From Trichoplax sp. H2 (taxonomy: Eukaryota): 64,000 nt of DNA. The notes beneath the pieces were generated by a model. It ran no database searches. It was not told the origin of the DNA and saw only the letters and a list, made by a program, of their open reading frames with translations. Made by a program: the position numbers and the translations under genes. Shown here in pieces: positions 1 to 13,188 of this stretch (positions are counted from its first letter, which is position 1; every line of letters starts with the position of its first letter). The stretch covers positions 186,001 to 250,000 of the forward strand of contig NOWV01000111.1 of NCBI GenBank assembly GCA_003344405.1, read 5' to 3'.

Positions 1-640
1 TTCGATGCTAGTGTGCATAGACAGTTATTCCAAGTTGCCAGATGAAATGCTTCCATAATATCAACATCATTAAGTCATAATACAACTAGGCTACTAGGAG
101 CACGTTCGGATTACTAGGTTGCTATGATACTCCGTTGGATTGCAAGTCTGTGATAGATTAACTTTTATGTATCGATCTGTTGAAGGTCCAAAGTTGTTCA
201 AAGTTGGGAGATGAACATCTTCCAAAACATCCACATCCATCAACCATGACGCAACTAGGCTATTAGCCTATTTTAATTAAGGTTGATCAATTCCTAAGCT
301 AGTCCAATTGGATTGGAATTGTGTGAAAAAATTTTTGACCTCGTCTGTTAGCATTGTAGCACACAAGGACATCGTCGTGGATCAGTACTACAAACCAATG
401 TTTGGAAAATATCAACATAACCATTTGAAGGATAGGATAAATCCTGTAAGTTGCTAAAATACTCGTTTTGAATTGAATATTTTACACTGTGTATAGACTT
501 TGTGCAGATCGATTGTAGGCAGACGGCTTCTTCCTGCTTCAAAGGCAGAAATGATCGAAAGAGACTGTACTACTGTATACTGGCGTCCCTTGCAAGAGGA
601 CAATCAATATCACTTTTACAAGACGATCCTCATCATTTAC

Positions 641-753
641 CTAGCATAATCTATTCGGTCTTTAAATCCTGCTCGTTGGACCAACGACTGTAATATTCTA
701 ATGTTGTTTTTAATATCGCCTGTTTTTACTATTGCTGACTTCATTGGGGGCAT
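641..753 (-). CDS. CEP44: Centrosomal protein CEP44, first coding exon (rest of gene probably beyond the left edge of the window)
   Basis: ATG at 753 gives MPPMKSAIVKTGDIKNNIRILQSLVQRAGFKDRIDYA then AG|GTAAAT donor at 640. Resembles the CEP44 N-terminus as I recall it ([25 protein letters not shown]). ACAGT cluster upstream at ~1217-1280. No convincing exon 2 within 1-640. Confidence 0.7.
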
Positions 754-1279
754 AAAATCATTCTATTACCAAATTGAATTTCCTATACTGTATCTGTGTG
801 AAGTGAGAAAGCGCTGCAATGGACTGATGAGTGAATGGGAAGTTTTGCTTTAGCTTGTTGGACACCACTCCTTCCTTGTAATTGCAGTTGTGTCTTTCAA
901 TCGATGAATGAGTTCTGCGACGTAATTGCAACTAATTCTCACCAATTCAATCTGGATTCAACAGCAGTCCTTGATTTTCTATTTAAAATAACTACCACAT
1001 GAAAGTTTCACCAATGTCTTTAACTTGGAGCTGACGAATTTTGCTGCAATCTCCTTGTTGTAATTTCTTCTTTGAAATAGGAATGAAATGAACTCCGACA
1101 GCAGGAAAAGTACGATGCCTTGAACACCACCTAATCCTAAGACATCCAGTATGTACGACCACGTCTATCGATGAATCGTCTCTTCAGACCTCATTTGGCG
1201 CCAGACTTTTTGAAATACAGTACACGCTTTACAGTGTACAATGTATAGTACTGTGATGACGCAGAATAGTACTGTGCAA

Positions 1280-1890
1280 TACATCGACTGATACCCAAAA
1301 TTTGTCCAATTTGCTCATAATATTGTGTTAAACTTTTAGGATAATTTCAATTAAAAAGATGTTATTTTCGTATCAGATACCTTAGTAAAAGCATAAATTA
1401 TAAAGTATAAATAAAATTGATTACTAATGTACATCGACTGATACCAAATTTGGTATTAATATTGTGTTTTAAGATAGTTTTAATCAAAAAAATGTTATTT
1501 TCGTATCAGATACTTTAGTACAACTTTAAAAGTATAAAGTATAAAGTATAAATAAAATTGATTGCTATTGTACATCGACTGATACCAAATTTTGTCTAAT
1601 TTGGTTATAATTGTATTTTCATATAATTTCAATCGTCGGCAATTCTTTATGAGCCACCTTATACTACAATGCTATTTTCGTATCAGATACTTTAGTAAAG
1701 GTATAAAGTATAAATAAAATAGATTGCTATTGTATATCGACTGATACCAAATTTGTCTATTTGGTCCTAAAATTGTGTTTCATATAATTTCAATCGCGGG
1801 AATCCTTTATGAGCCACCTTATACTACAATGTTATTTTCGTATCAAATATTTTAGTAAAAGTATAAAATATAAATTTAAAATTTATTGCT
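1280..1890. repeat. ~150-bp tandem repeat, about 4 diverged units
   Basis: Unit marker T(A/G)CATCGACTGATACC-like near 1280, 1430, 1571, 1733; shared TATTTTCGTATCA and AAGTATAAATAAAAT blocks; units 3-4 carry an extra GAGCCACCTTATACTACAATG. Confidence 0.9.
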
Positions 1891-4337
1891 ATCTATACAA
1901 CCATTTCTATACTTACAGTTAACTTAAAGATTAGTAAATGTGTCCGTAAAGTCGATTTATCATAATAAACGTTCTAAAATACTCAAAAATTTTGAAAAAT
2001 AAATTTTGTCTTTACATTTAATATTTTATTACGGATATGACATAAAATGTACAGAAATTCTATCCATACATTTAGAATAACCTGTTGATATGCCAGATAT
2101 CGTTATAAACTACAGTGTATTCACACGTTAGTATTAGTTACATTTTTCCTAGTTAAAGTATCTAAAACGAAATTAAAGACGCAGTACAGTACTGTACAAT
2201 GTGATCCGTTTTCTTCGATATGTTTGAATAGTAAAAACTATAAATAAAACGGTCAAATAGCCAATCGTTTATAAACCTTCCTATACACATAGGTTTCTTA
2301 TTGTAGAAAGTCACCCACTACATATTAAAAACCATGCAATTGCGATCCATTTTGTACAAATTGATGCAAAATTTGCAATATCGAATGTAGAGGATCACTT
2401 TATGCAGTGTACTGTACAGTACTGTAGGCCATCCAGGAAGGATTGCTGCAATACCTTGTTCAAATGGGTCTATGGGTCTCATACAGGTCTCTGGTTCACA
2501 GTGCATTAGATTTACTATATCTTATAGATTGTTGCTGGGCTAAAGTCAAGCCGTTTTCAACTCGATTTTTCTCATGAACATCATCGCATTATTTCGCTTT
2601 GCACACACCTTAAATCTAGTTTAAACGGCTTGACTTAAGTAGGATAATAATGTACTGTACAAAATTTAGTGAATCTAAAAAGCACTGGAAACAAGGTATT
2701 GTAGTAATTGTAATCTTTCCTATTTCGGAGTAAGACATTTTTCATAGACCTTTACTGAGTACTGTCTTACGTCTTTAAACTAAGAACTTCTTAAAGGAGA
2801 CAACCCTACGCTTTGGAGTCTTACTCGCTTAGTAATTCCATAACTCCCTACTTCAAATCTTCATTTTACAATTTACGTTACTGTGCTCTAATAGAAAGTA
2901 GGACGAACTTCCTTTACAGTTTGTTTAACGTCGTTTGTCAATTAAAATTTTTTTGCGCACTCGCCTGACCAAGGATACTGTAGTGGATACTTCCTCACCT
3001 AAATAATACATTTGCCAATAAGCAATATTAGATCTACGGCAGGAAATTATAGCCTTATTCAATCTATAATCTTCTTACTGTACTGTATACTGTAATTATA
3101 GCTATGACCTATCTACAATTGCTACGGTAGAAAGTACAAACAAACGTAGTCTATGGCCTGTAGTGTGCAATAGCCATATTGGCATAACCATAAACAAGTA
3201 AGTTCAGTTGGAATATCCATCGGACTTTACTTTAATGGGTACGTTGAGTCAAATAGAAAGCCGCCACAGGCGCTTTTGTAAATATTACAGTACATAAGAT
3301 AATTTAAATAGTAAGCACAATTTTTTTTACAGACTTTCAGTGGAAAAGCGAGGTAATAGTAACATGATGATAGATTTACAATATTGTAAAGTTGAAATTT
3401 ATAATCATCGGCAAGCCAAGTTTACAATAGTGAGCCTATATCGTGATATCGCGTACAGGAAGTATTTTAATTTTAGTTCATACAATACATTTGTCCATTA
3501 TATCAGTACAGTTAACAAACAGCATTGATCAAGATTATCACCCTTGCAATTAAGCCATAGATTCATAAATATGGTATAATACAATATCAAATAAATAATA
3601 GTATCATTGCAAAGGCAGAATTTCTAACAATTAATTAAGATATAGGATAAAGTAAATTATAAGAGGCCATGACAAGATAAAATAGCATTATGTCGATAAA
3701 GATCTGTTAAAGGTCTTCTTGCAATACTATACATATCTTCACTTAAATAATTGTTTCTTAATTCAGGAATTCAGCAAACAATATCAAACGGCTTTAATCC
3801 TATAATAGGATTACTGTAATAAATGCAACTAGTAGGAGCATGCTAAATAACTATCTTCATGATGTTGATGTAAATCATTAGTGAAGGTGTAGATGAATGA
3901 ATAGAAAACAGAGATAACAACAGCATTTGTCAATTTTCATATTTAGCAATAAGACAGATACTAAAATGAGTATAACTGGAACATCGGTATCACTTCTTAC
4001 TCTCTTAAATCTATATTATTAACTTATTCCAATACTTAATACAATAGGTATAAATCAATTATTATACCAAAACATTAGTATATGTATAAGACATTAGCAC
4101 CAATTGTCAAAAATGTAACAGAATTATCGCAGATCAATATTACTACCAACTAATGACGCTAGAACTGAATATCATTTATGATGTCCAAACAAGAGAATAG
4201 GCATATGAAATTGTGCATTTCGGTATATTACATAGGTAGAACTATACAATTATTCCTTAAAGTCCATTTCAAGGCAGCATTTAACGCAAATCATGAACAC
4301 CAAAATAGTTGGATTCATACCATATTAGTTAACATCA

Positions 4338-7300
4338 CTAAAATGTTAAAGCTTTGGCAATTTTCTTGCCTAAATATTGGCCAGTTCCAATGCACTGTGA
4401 ACAAACTTCAAGCGCTGCCTTGAAACATTCAGACGCCTTTAATCGATCACCAGACTGTTTGTATAACCGGCCTAAATCGTAATAGTTTCTAGCAATGGTA
4501 ACATGATATAATCCAAAGAGTCTCTTTCTAGTTTTTGCTGACTTTTGATAATATTGGATAGCATCATCGTACTTATTTTGAGCTTTAAAAAATAAAGCCA
4601 AGTTATCATATACAATTGTTGTATCGAGACTACATTGACCACGGATTTTCAATATAATTTCTAACGACTTTTCTAGATATTGACGAGCTTGCTGAAAATT
4701 GAGTTGGCAAATACTAACGTAGCCAAGATTAGTATTACCCATAGATGCTTCTAGGCTGTCTTCACCAACTAAACGAATTTTGATATCCAGCGATTTATTC
4801 AAATGATCAATTGCGTCATCAAATTTTCGCTGACAACAAAATATCATTCCAAGGCCACTATAGCTAGCGGCAGTCTTTAAGCTGTTTTCACCACAATTCG
4901 TTTTATAAATATTTAATGCCGCTTGATAATGATTTACAGCTTGATTGTATTTACCTTGCATACCATTAATATTTCCAAGACAACCGCAAATCTCAGCATA
5001 TTCCTCAGTTTGCCGTTGATTTAATTTATTAGTAATGGCTTTTGCTCGTTTAAAATAGGACGTGGCAATTTTATGCTTACCCAACGCGCAGTAAGTATTA
5101 CCAATGTAACAGTAACTTTTAACAACGGCAAGACTTCCTTCTTTACATGTTACAATTTGATTCTGTAATGCATTCCAGTGATTGTCTAGCGCTTCATCAT
5201 ATCGACCTTGGCATCTTAATATCATGCCAATATTATTATAACAATCAGCCACCAATTGACTTCGTAAACCAAATAATTTTATACTAATATCTAAAGCATC
5301 ATCGTAATGCTTTAATGCATTTTCGTATTTACCATATTGTTTTAAAATAGCGGCAATGCTATTATGAGTGATAGCAGTCCATAAGCTAACTTTTTTCAAT
5401 CGTAACTGAAATATTTTTAATGCTTTCTTATGTATTTTTAATGCACTATAGTAATCGTACATTTCACTATAAAGACAACCCAAGTTATGGCAACACACAG
5501 CATAATCGATTGTATCTTCTCCTGAATGCTTCATAACTATTTGCGTGGCCAGATCACAATAGTTAGCTGCCTCAGAAAATTGTTTAGCAGCAAAGTGGAC
5601 CAACGATAGACGATTATAAACAGCTGCGAGGTCAACATAGTGCTCATCATCTAACTGCTTCAATATACCCAAAGATGTTTTTAAGTAATCTTCAGCGTCG
5701 TTATATTTACCAAGTGCATAAGATGCTAATCCAATATAGCCTTTATATGAAGCAATATCTAGACTATGTCCACCATAATAAGAAACGTACACATCTAAGG
5801 ACTTCTTAAAGAAAGAGTTGGCTTTATTGAAGCTACCATTTAAGAAGTAAATTTTACCCAATTTACAATACAATGATGCGGTAATATTCGCTTGATGCTT
5901 GCTATCGCGTACGAATAATAAAGCTGTTTCAATATGACTAGCAATGATTTTCCAACGTTTCCAACATAATGCATCAAAGTAGTCAAGATCCATTTGTTGA
6001 TTGAAAAATTTTAAGACACTATTATCGAGAACATCCTTGGATCGAAACAAATGTTGAAGTGTTTGCTTGATAACATTAGGCATGGTATAATCACCATTGA
6101 TTTCCATCAAAATAGCATAATTGAGTAATATTTGAATTGGCTTATGTAATAACTCGGGAGAATCGGATTTATAATTGACATAGTCTTCTAACAGACTTGC
6201 GCTTAACAATTCTGATGAGCTATACATCATAAATTGCAATATAGGATTGATTAAAAACTGATGATCGGTGATCTTAGTCAGCATCATATTACATAAAGTT
6301 GCTATGTAAGGATTAAATTGATCATGTATCTGCGCATTATCTTGAGTAGCATTATTAGTATGACTGTTATGATTGTGTTGTTGATGATTACTATACAAGA
6401 TATCGACTGTAATTTTGCAAGATTCTCTTTCATATATTTCAATAAACTCTTTTAACGATAGTTGATTGACTGTCAGATAAGCTATAGTCATACGGATTGC
6501 AAGGGGTAAGTCTGTAGTTAAATCAGCAATTTTATTGGCTGAAATAGAATCGTTTTGGCCGGATAATTGTGTGATACATTGGAGCGACATATCCCTATCA
6601 AATGAAGGTATAATCATCGCGTTTGGCCAACGCACATTAGGAGTAGTAATAATGATGTTACCCTGGCCTTTAGTCGGTAGATATGGATTAAGGAGAACAT
6701 GATCAGAGGCATTATCATAAATTAGCAAATATTTAAAGTGGACATTTAATATGTCAAATGTAGCCAAGATAATTTTTTTCATAACCTGTAAATTAGTATG
6801 ATACTGATCTCGATTAATGTTAATGATTGTATCAATTAAGATATTATCGTATGTGCTAGAAGCTTGTTGATATATTTCTAGTAATCGTTGCAATCGCATC
6901 ATTTCTCGTGTGTGGGTATAGCCATGACATAGAGCACATTCATATAGATCATAGGCTAACTTGAGGATGCCATTTTGAACAGCAATCTCAGTTTCAGCAT
7001 TGAACCAATAAATAAGTTGGTATTGCTTTTGATATTGCCTAGCATAATTTAAGGCAATACAGGATTTACCACAGCCACTGATACCTTTCAAAGCTACTAG
7101 ATTGATTTTGTCTAATTTCCATATATTGGAAGAAAAACGATCGGTTATATCTTGTAATAACGAATGGCGATTTATTAAATCATTGGGTTGATTGGATGGT
7201 AGAGCGATGATAGTAGCTATTGGAAAAGTGATGGTGTGCAACAAAGGTAATTGATCAGTTACGCTGCATGATGATTTGATGGTAGGATGATCGATAGTAT

Positions 7301-8285
7301 TAAAATCTGATAAGTTATGATGTAAAAATGTTTGCATATCCAGATTACCTTGATGGAAATAATCAGAGATCCGGGTGGAATAGAATTGTTGATGATGACA
7401 TAATACATGTTTGATACTATCTTTAATTCGTTCAGACATGTTCTCAACAGTTATAATAGAGCGGCATTCTTCTAGCCATTTTTGCAATATAATATCGAAA
7501 CATCTTGAATGAGTAGCTTTTTGAATATAGGCTAAAAAGATGTCACGAAAGCCTAAATAATCTTGGCAACAATATGCTTGAATGGATTCATAACCAAAGT
7601 AAGCAATTTCTCTCATTGGATTAGTACAATGATTGGAGCGTATCAATGTTGCAAGCATATCTAAAGCAATATAGCAATTTTTAAATTGGGTATTACCAGG
7701 ATGAGATAAAATTTTCAAGTATTCAATGAGAAAGAATGAATCATTGTTTAATAAGAGTAAATCTTGATATTTATGATAGCTACGGCATAAATGGATAATA
7801 AAATCATTATGAACGTATGATTGGTCCGTAAGTAAATCCTTCATTAAGATCAATTCCATCATGATGCAGTAATAAGGTATGACTGGAGAAAGATGGCGTA
7901 TTGATTTACAAATGTGTCGATTACAATTAGCAATAGCTTGTTGTAATAGTAGGACGATATCATGGCATTGGTACCAATCTAATTGATTATGATGTAAGAG
8001 ATTATCGAGTATAATGAGACGACTACGATGTAATGTTGGATAGACCCACCAATGGGATAATGCGATGCCATTCTTGATTGATGTTACCAACATGTTGAGT
8101 AAAGTTTTGATGATACTAAGTGGACGATCGACATACACTAAACGTAGATCCCATAGTTGATGTAATAATTGAGTATGTTGTTGATGAAATTGTTGAAATG
8201 AGGATGATGGATTTTGATGGTAGAATTGGACATGATGATTGATTTGTTGCAAAATTTGAGCAACATTTTCATCCTGATTGGCCAT
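4338..8285 (-). CDS. Single-exon NB-ARC (APAF1-like STAND ATPase) protein with C-terminal TPR array, 1315 aa
   Basis: Walker A GISGCGKS (7062-7085), Walker B LLIYDNA, GNIIITT sensor motif, DLPLA (GLPLA-like), then about a dozen ~42-aa TPR repeats (A..Y.N.G......G.Y..A). N-terminal ~330 aa unassigned. Confidence 0.9.
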   Translation of the reverse strand: MANQDENVAQILQQINHHVQFYHQNPSSSFQQFHQQHTQLLHQLWDLRLVYVDRPLSIIKTLLNMLVTSIKNGIALSHWWVYPTLHRSRLIILDNLLHHNQLDWYQCHDIVLLLQQAIANCNRHICKSIRHLSPVIPYYCIMMELILMKDLLTDQSYVHNDFIIHLCRSYHKYQDLLLLNNDSFFLIEYLKILSHPGNTQFKNCYIALDMLATLIRSNHCTNPMREIAYFGYESIQAYCCQDYLGFRDIFLAYIQKATHSRCFDIILQKWLEECRSIITVENMSERIKDSIKHVLCHHQQFYSTRISDYFHQGNLDMQTFLHHNLSDFNTIDHPTIKSSCSVTDQLPLLHTITFPIATIIALPSNQPNDLINRHSLLQDITDRFSSNIWKLDKINLVALKGISGCGKSCIALNYARQYQKQYQLIYWFNAETEIAVQNGILKLAYDLYECALCHGYTHTREMMRLQRLLEIYQQASSTYDNILIDTIININRDQYHTNLQVMKKIILATFDILNVHFKYLLIYDNASDHVLLNPYLPTKGQGNIIITTPNVRWPNAMIIPSFDRDMSLQCITQLSGQNDSISANKIADLTTDLPLAIRMTIAYLTVNQLSLKEFIEIYERESCKITVDILYSNHQQHNHNSHTNNATQDNAQIHDQFNPYIATLCNMMLTKITDHQFLINPILQFMMYSSSELLSASLLEDYVNYKSDSPELLHKPIQILLNYAILMEINGDYTMPNVIKQTLQHLFRSKDVLDNSVLKFFNQQMDLDYFDALCWKRWKIIASHIETALLFVRDSKHQANITASLYCKLGKIYFLNGSFNKANSFFKKSLDVYVSYYGGHSLDIASYKGYIGLASYALGKYNDAEDYLKTSLGILKQLDDEHYVDLAAVYNRLSLVHFAAKQFSEAANYCDLATQIVMKHSGEDTIDYAVCCHNLGCLYSEMYDYYSALKIHKKALKIFQLRLKKVSLWTAITHNSIAAILKQYGKYENALKHYDDALDISIKLFGLRSQLVADCYNNIGMILRCQGRYDEALDNHWNALQNQIVTCKEGSLAVVKSYCYIGNTYCALGKHKIATSYFKRAKAITNKLNQRQTEEYAEICGCLGNINGMQGKYNQAVNHYQAALNIYKTNCGENSLKTAASYSGLGMIFCCQRKFDDAIDHLNKSLDIKIRLVGEDSLEASMGNTNLGYVSICQLNFQQARQYLEKSLEIILKIRGQCSLDTTIVYDNLALFFKAQNKYDDAIQYYQKSAKTRKRLFGLYHVTIARNYYDLGRLYKQSGDRLKASECFKAALEVCSQCIGTGQYLGKKIAKALTF

Positions 8286-9499
8286 GTTGGTCGTTGAACA
8301 TTTTTTGTTGAATGTGGTTGATTATTACTGTTGTTGTTGTTGTAATTTTTTCTAGGTCTGTTTTTCCAATCGAATTGTTGTAATAATCAAGTATTGAATA
8401 AAAAGAGTAATTTTTCCAACTTTCAATTGTCACTGCCACTTGCCGATTTGCACAATCTATTGGCAAGTTGAATAGACGATGGTCAAGGTAAAAGGTTATG
8501 TTGTCTTTCTTTCTTTCTCTTCTCTCTCTTTCTCATCCACTCACATACACACTTTGTCACTCAGTCTACTTTCCGCGACAAGATTAATTAACGCCAAGGT
8601 AAATACTTACGGTAAATACGATTCTGTTCGTCGTCGTTGACGTCGACAACAGCCAAATATTGTTGGCTTTCAACTCATGCGACAGAATGCTTCTATTCTT
8701 GATTGAACTGGAATGACTTTGCCCTCAAGCGAAACTCATGCCTATCATCACTCTTCAATCCTTCACTAACCAATACAACAACAACTTTAGATCATCAATT
8801 GGGTTATTTTGATGGGATATTTCTTACTGATCTTACCTTAACTATTCCTATCCAACGCCATAGTTTGCTCTGATGTTGACACACTGTCCGCTGGCAAGAG
8901 AAAGAAAAATCAGACTTGATTGTTTCAAAGCGCTTCTTAATTGGTGATTACCAAGTAATTTGCTGCTTGCCAGTGTATGCCTAGTACAACGCACCATTGT
9001 AACAAGCACAGTAGCAATGGCTAGCGAAAACGCCAGCCATTAATACAATGTTCAACCCTCTACTAGTCTCAATCCTATCTTGTTGTCTCTGTTTTGCGCA
9101 TCTATCTAACACGACTCTTGTTTGCCAAATGGCATCTTCTTTTGTGGTAGCAAGTTCATTCTGCGCAAGCGTAGTCCATCGTCGGTATGGTTCAATACGT
9201 CCATCTATTCTTTTCATAACAAAAGAGTTTATTAGCGTAGCGATCACATGTCTCGGTGTGTAAAGTAGATGAGGATGTATGGACAGATGGACTGGGGGAG
9301 CCCCAGCACCCAAGTCGAGTTGAAAATGAAATATGGCGATCAAAGCATCGGATTGAGCAGCAATTGCAATGCAATGGTCAAGGCCTTGCACAACCAAAGT
9401 TCCATAGTACTTCACGATTGCTTGGTGTACTCTCGTGTAGTCCATCTTTTAGTATGCAATCTGTTTTTCTTTGTATTTTGTACCCCCTTGATGCAACCC

Positions 9500-10285
9500 C
9501 ACTCCAATCAAGCACGACAATGGATTGATTGCTTGCTATCATAGGTATTGTCCTACAGTAAAGAGAGACGAGACATGAAGTAGCCGGGGAAAGCTAGCCT
9601 TCTTATTTTCCAATCACTTTACTCTTTCTTGCAAGTAAACCCGATCCAATGCTAGCCAAAGTGGCCCACTCATGTACTTCTAGTAGGTTATTAGTCCACT
9701 CCAATCAAGCACGACAATGGATTGATTACTTGTTATCATAGGCATTGTCCTACAGTAAAGAGAGAGGAGACATGAAGTAGCCGGGGAGAGCTAACCTTCT
9801 TATTTTCCAATCACTTTACTCTTTCTTGCAAGTAAACTCAATCCAATACTAGCCAAAGCGGCTCACTCATGTACTTCCAGTAGGTTATTAGTGTAGCGAT
9901 CGTCTATCCTCGACTACAGTACATACACAATTCGGCGTCAAAATGAAATACCTGAGTCAAGAGAGAGGAGACATGAAGTAGCCGTGGAGAGCTAACCTTC
10001 TTATTTTCCAATCACTTTACTCTTTCTTGCAAGTAAACCCAATCCAATGCTAGCCAAAGCGGCTCACTCATGTACTTCCAGTAGGTTATTAATGTAGCGA
10101 TCGTCTATCCTCGAGTACAGTACACGCACAATTCGGCGTCAAAATGAAATACCACAAAAGCATCTTATTCAATTCAACAATTGCAATGCTTTTGTAAAGC
10201 TCCTCCATAACTAAAGTACGTAGTACTCAACGATACCTTCCTTGATGTGCTCTATCTTCAGTAAGCAACCCCACTCCAATCAAGA
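9500..10285. repeat. Compound tandem duplication, 3 near-identical ~120-190-bp cores
   Basis: GAGACATGAAGTAGCCG...TAGGTTATTA core repeated near 9570, 9767 and 9968; CACTCCAATCAAG near 9500, 9697 and 10273. Confidence 0.9.
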
Positions 10286-12673
10286 TAAAGACAGGGACAT
10301 CAAGTGGCTGTTACGTGCCAAAAAAATGTGCAGACTCCTCCATCATTTTGATCATTCTACTGCTCTCTTTCGTGCCTGCATACCATTGGGGATGACAATC
10401 GTGGACAGCCTAGTATTCCATTGTAGATCTACAGTACAGATCAAATCACCAATAAATAAGCGTACTGCCCTATTTTCACTACACTAAACAACCCTTTCCT
10501 TTTCCTCTCTCTCTTTCTTTCTACTAGTCCCTGATTCAATCAGCAGCAGTGTTGTGCAATGGAGTGAAAAGGCAATCCGAAACCAATCCAATTGTTGATT
10601 TTCGAACCCGAAATGAGTGCAATCGCTATACAAACACCGTATCATCACAGAAATTCTTAACCCGAATCCCTCCCTTGAGTCAGGTTTAAATCGAGTTTCG
10701 GTTTGACTTTGTACATCCCTGATCACCAGGCAGCTCTTGAATGCATTTAGGGATTGCTGTGGCATCGCCTCTGGAGAGTTGCTTGCAACAGCTGATCATG
10801 AGGATCGGATACCCAATATGGCCTATCGTCTAATTGAATTGAATTGTGGCGCTGTGCGGTCAACGATCAATAGCTATTTTCCAATATTCATTAATTAATA
10901 ACCCTTAATAATAAGAGAACGTGGATGAGCTTATTGAATTTACAGTATATTAGTGCCATCATGTACGGTATAGCATATACAGATTTTCTAGCCATTTCTA
11001 ACGTCTAGATTATGGCATCGGTAGACTGGATATCCAATTTCCATCGGCTGCAGTTCAGTGACCCATAGGTAGGGTAGTTGGGGGTAATCACGCTAAAGGT
11101 GTTTGTTATACCATATTTGAATGGCCGGCCAATCCTGAGTACTGTAAGTACATAGGATACGCTATGAAAGTTTGGAACAAAGTAGAAAACTCTTAATTGA
11201 CTAGCTGAGACTGTCTATTATACAAAGGCTATATCGTATTAGAAGCCAAGCATATAAAAGCTGTATATCTATGTAGAGATTCCCAGCTAAGGCTACCATT
11301 CCTTCTGGAGGCAACGTATTAATAAGCTATATTCCTTTATTAACACGAAGATCGCTACGTTAGTACAAAGCGTCGACAAGATACAAGTATTATATGTGAA
11401 TATATTTCAATCTCTATGCGGTATAGGCTCCTAATTTCCCCCCCCCCCCACCAGAAAAAATGATATTGGCTTTCAAATAGAATTCCTAGTAGATTTCAAG
11501 CGATATCAAAATATTTAGCAAAGTCACTAGGTGTAACGTTCTTTCAAACTACTATTGAAGTATTTATTTTTTTAATTTAAAGTGATGAAAAAGTCGTTAA
11601 AGAAATCGCAATGAAACATTTTCTTGCTGATCTTTATTCCATAAAGCAATCTCAGTACATATTTTGCAATATTCTTTATGTTTTATATTTGTAAGTTTAG
11701 TGAACAGCCCTTAAAAATATCTTGAAGGTAGCACGTTCGGAATCGGGAATAATAATTCATTATAACGATTACTTTTGCAAGATTTCCATTCTTTACTTTA
11801 AAATGCATAGCACTGTACGAGAAAATGTGAAAGTACAGCATAGCTTTAAGGAATCCTTTGTTGTCTGCTTGATATAAATACGTAGCCTATGAAAGCAAAC
11901 ACTACACTCACGGTGCCGTACAGTATCCTGAAAAAAAAAAACGACATAAGTAAGTCGCTTTGCCAATATTAAATAGTCTTGCATTGCTGAATTATTTCCT
12001 TTTAAACAAGTTGATTGTACTGGACAATACTGTATAATAATATGCTGTTCGTTAAGGTTATACAGTACGTAAAATTAGAGTAGAAAATATAACGATAAAA
12101 TCTTCTTAAATTTACTATAGTGAGCGTTTCATTCGCCATTTAATAGGACTAAGAACATCATAAGTATAGCCAGAAAATTACCTAGGAAGTTACTCTATTA
12201 TTAACATAAAATAGATCAAATTACCTCATCCAAAATCGCTATACTACTATCATCTATCTCAAATTGATTCAGAAGCGTAATTGACACTTTTCACGCCTTA
12301 GGTAATGCTACACCGTCCAAAAAGGTAAAAATACAGAAGTATTATTAGCCTATAAATACTGAGTGTACTATATCGAATGATGAAAAGGATGAAAGCTTAA
12401 TGTTGCTACAAGTGTTCAATAGGATAACTAAATATCGTACGGTAGAAAATTAGTTTTGTGAATGATTTTTCCTTTGCCATGCTGAAATAAACTCCTAGCA
12501 TTATACTATATTCATTTCACGGTATGCGAACATTATAATTTACGTTATAAGCACTACTTAGAATCATCATAGCATAATATCTACTAGCCTAACTTGATGA
12601 ATGTGTATTTAAAATTCAAAGTAATAGCAACAGCATTATTTATGCTTCACTTATAGAGATTGCTAAAATATAG

Positions 12674-13188
12674 GATCGAAATTAGCAACGGTGTTTGGGT
12701 TTACTCTATTCGGTATAGCAGTGGTTGTTACATCTTTCAATAGCGGCCTAGCAATAGCAATCGCATTTTGCTGTCGAGCAGAGATAGCAACAGTAATATT
12801 ATATAGTATTCCTTATGGATTACTAGGGGAATATCACAAACTTTACTCGGTAAGCAATGTCAAAATTTGCTAAAACAATCTACATACGTAAATTATCTGC
12901 AATGGCTATGACTAGCTGAGATTGCAATTCTTTGCTATGATTTACCTCATATTTCCAAAGGAGAACCCGCGATGGAGCCATCGAGGTTACGGAACAGATT
13001 TATCGATACTAAATAACTATCTGTACATCTAAACATTTTTTATATCACTGATATTCAGTTTAATCATGAAAAATTTAGATTCTATCAAGTGGGCTATTTT
13101 AGCTTCCGGATTTCGCAACATTGCTGCTGGCTTACTTTCAATATTTGTCATAAATGCAAATACTGCTGCACCATCAATAGATAACTAG
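12674..13188 (+). pseudogene. SLC45-family transporter remnant (exons 3 and 4 only)
   Basis: Exon 12674-12849 (176 nt, same length as exon 3 of both intact paralogues; SIPYGLLGEYH) and exon 12961-13188 (ENPRWSHRGYGTD...) with in-frame TAA at 13030-13032. No recognisable exons 1-2 upstream. Confidence 0.85.

Noticed and set aside
348-542. ORF as CEP44 exon 2
   Set aside because: No phase-compatible frame gives convincing CEP44-like sequence.
1280-1890. CRISPR-like appearance of the tandem repeats (also 9500-10285 and 26110-26350)
   Set aside because: Whole units are duplicated with no unique spacers, there are no cas genes, and the DNA is eukaryotic.
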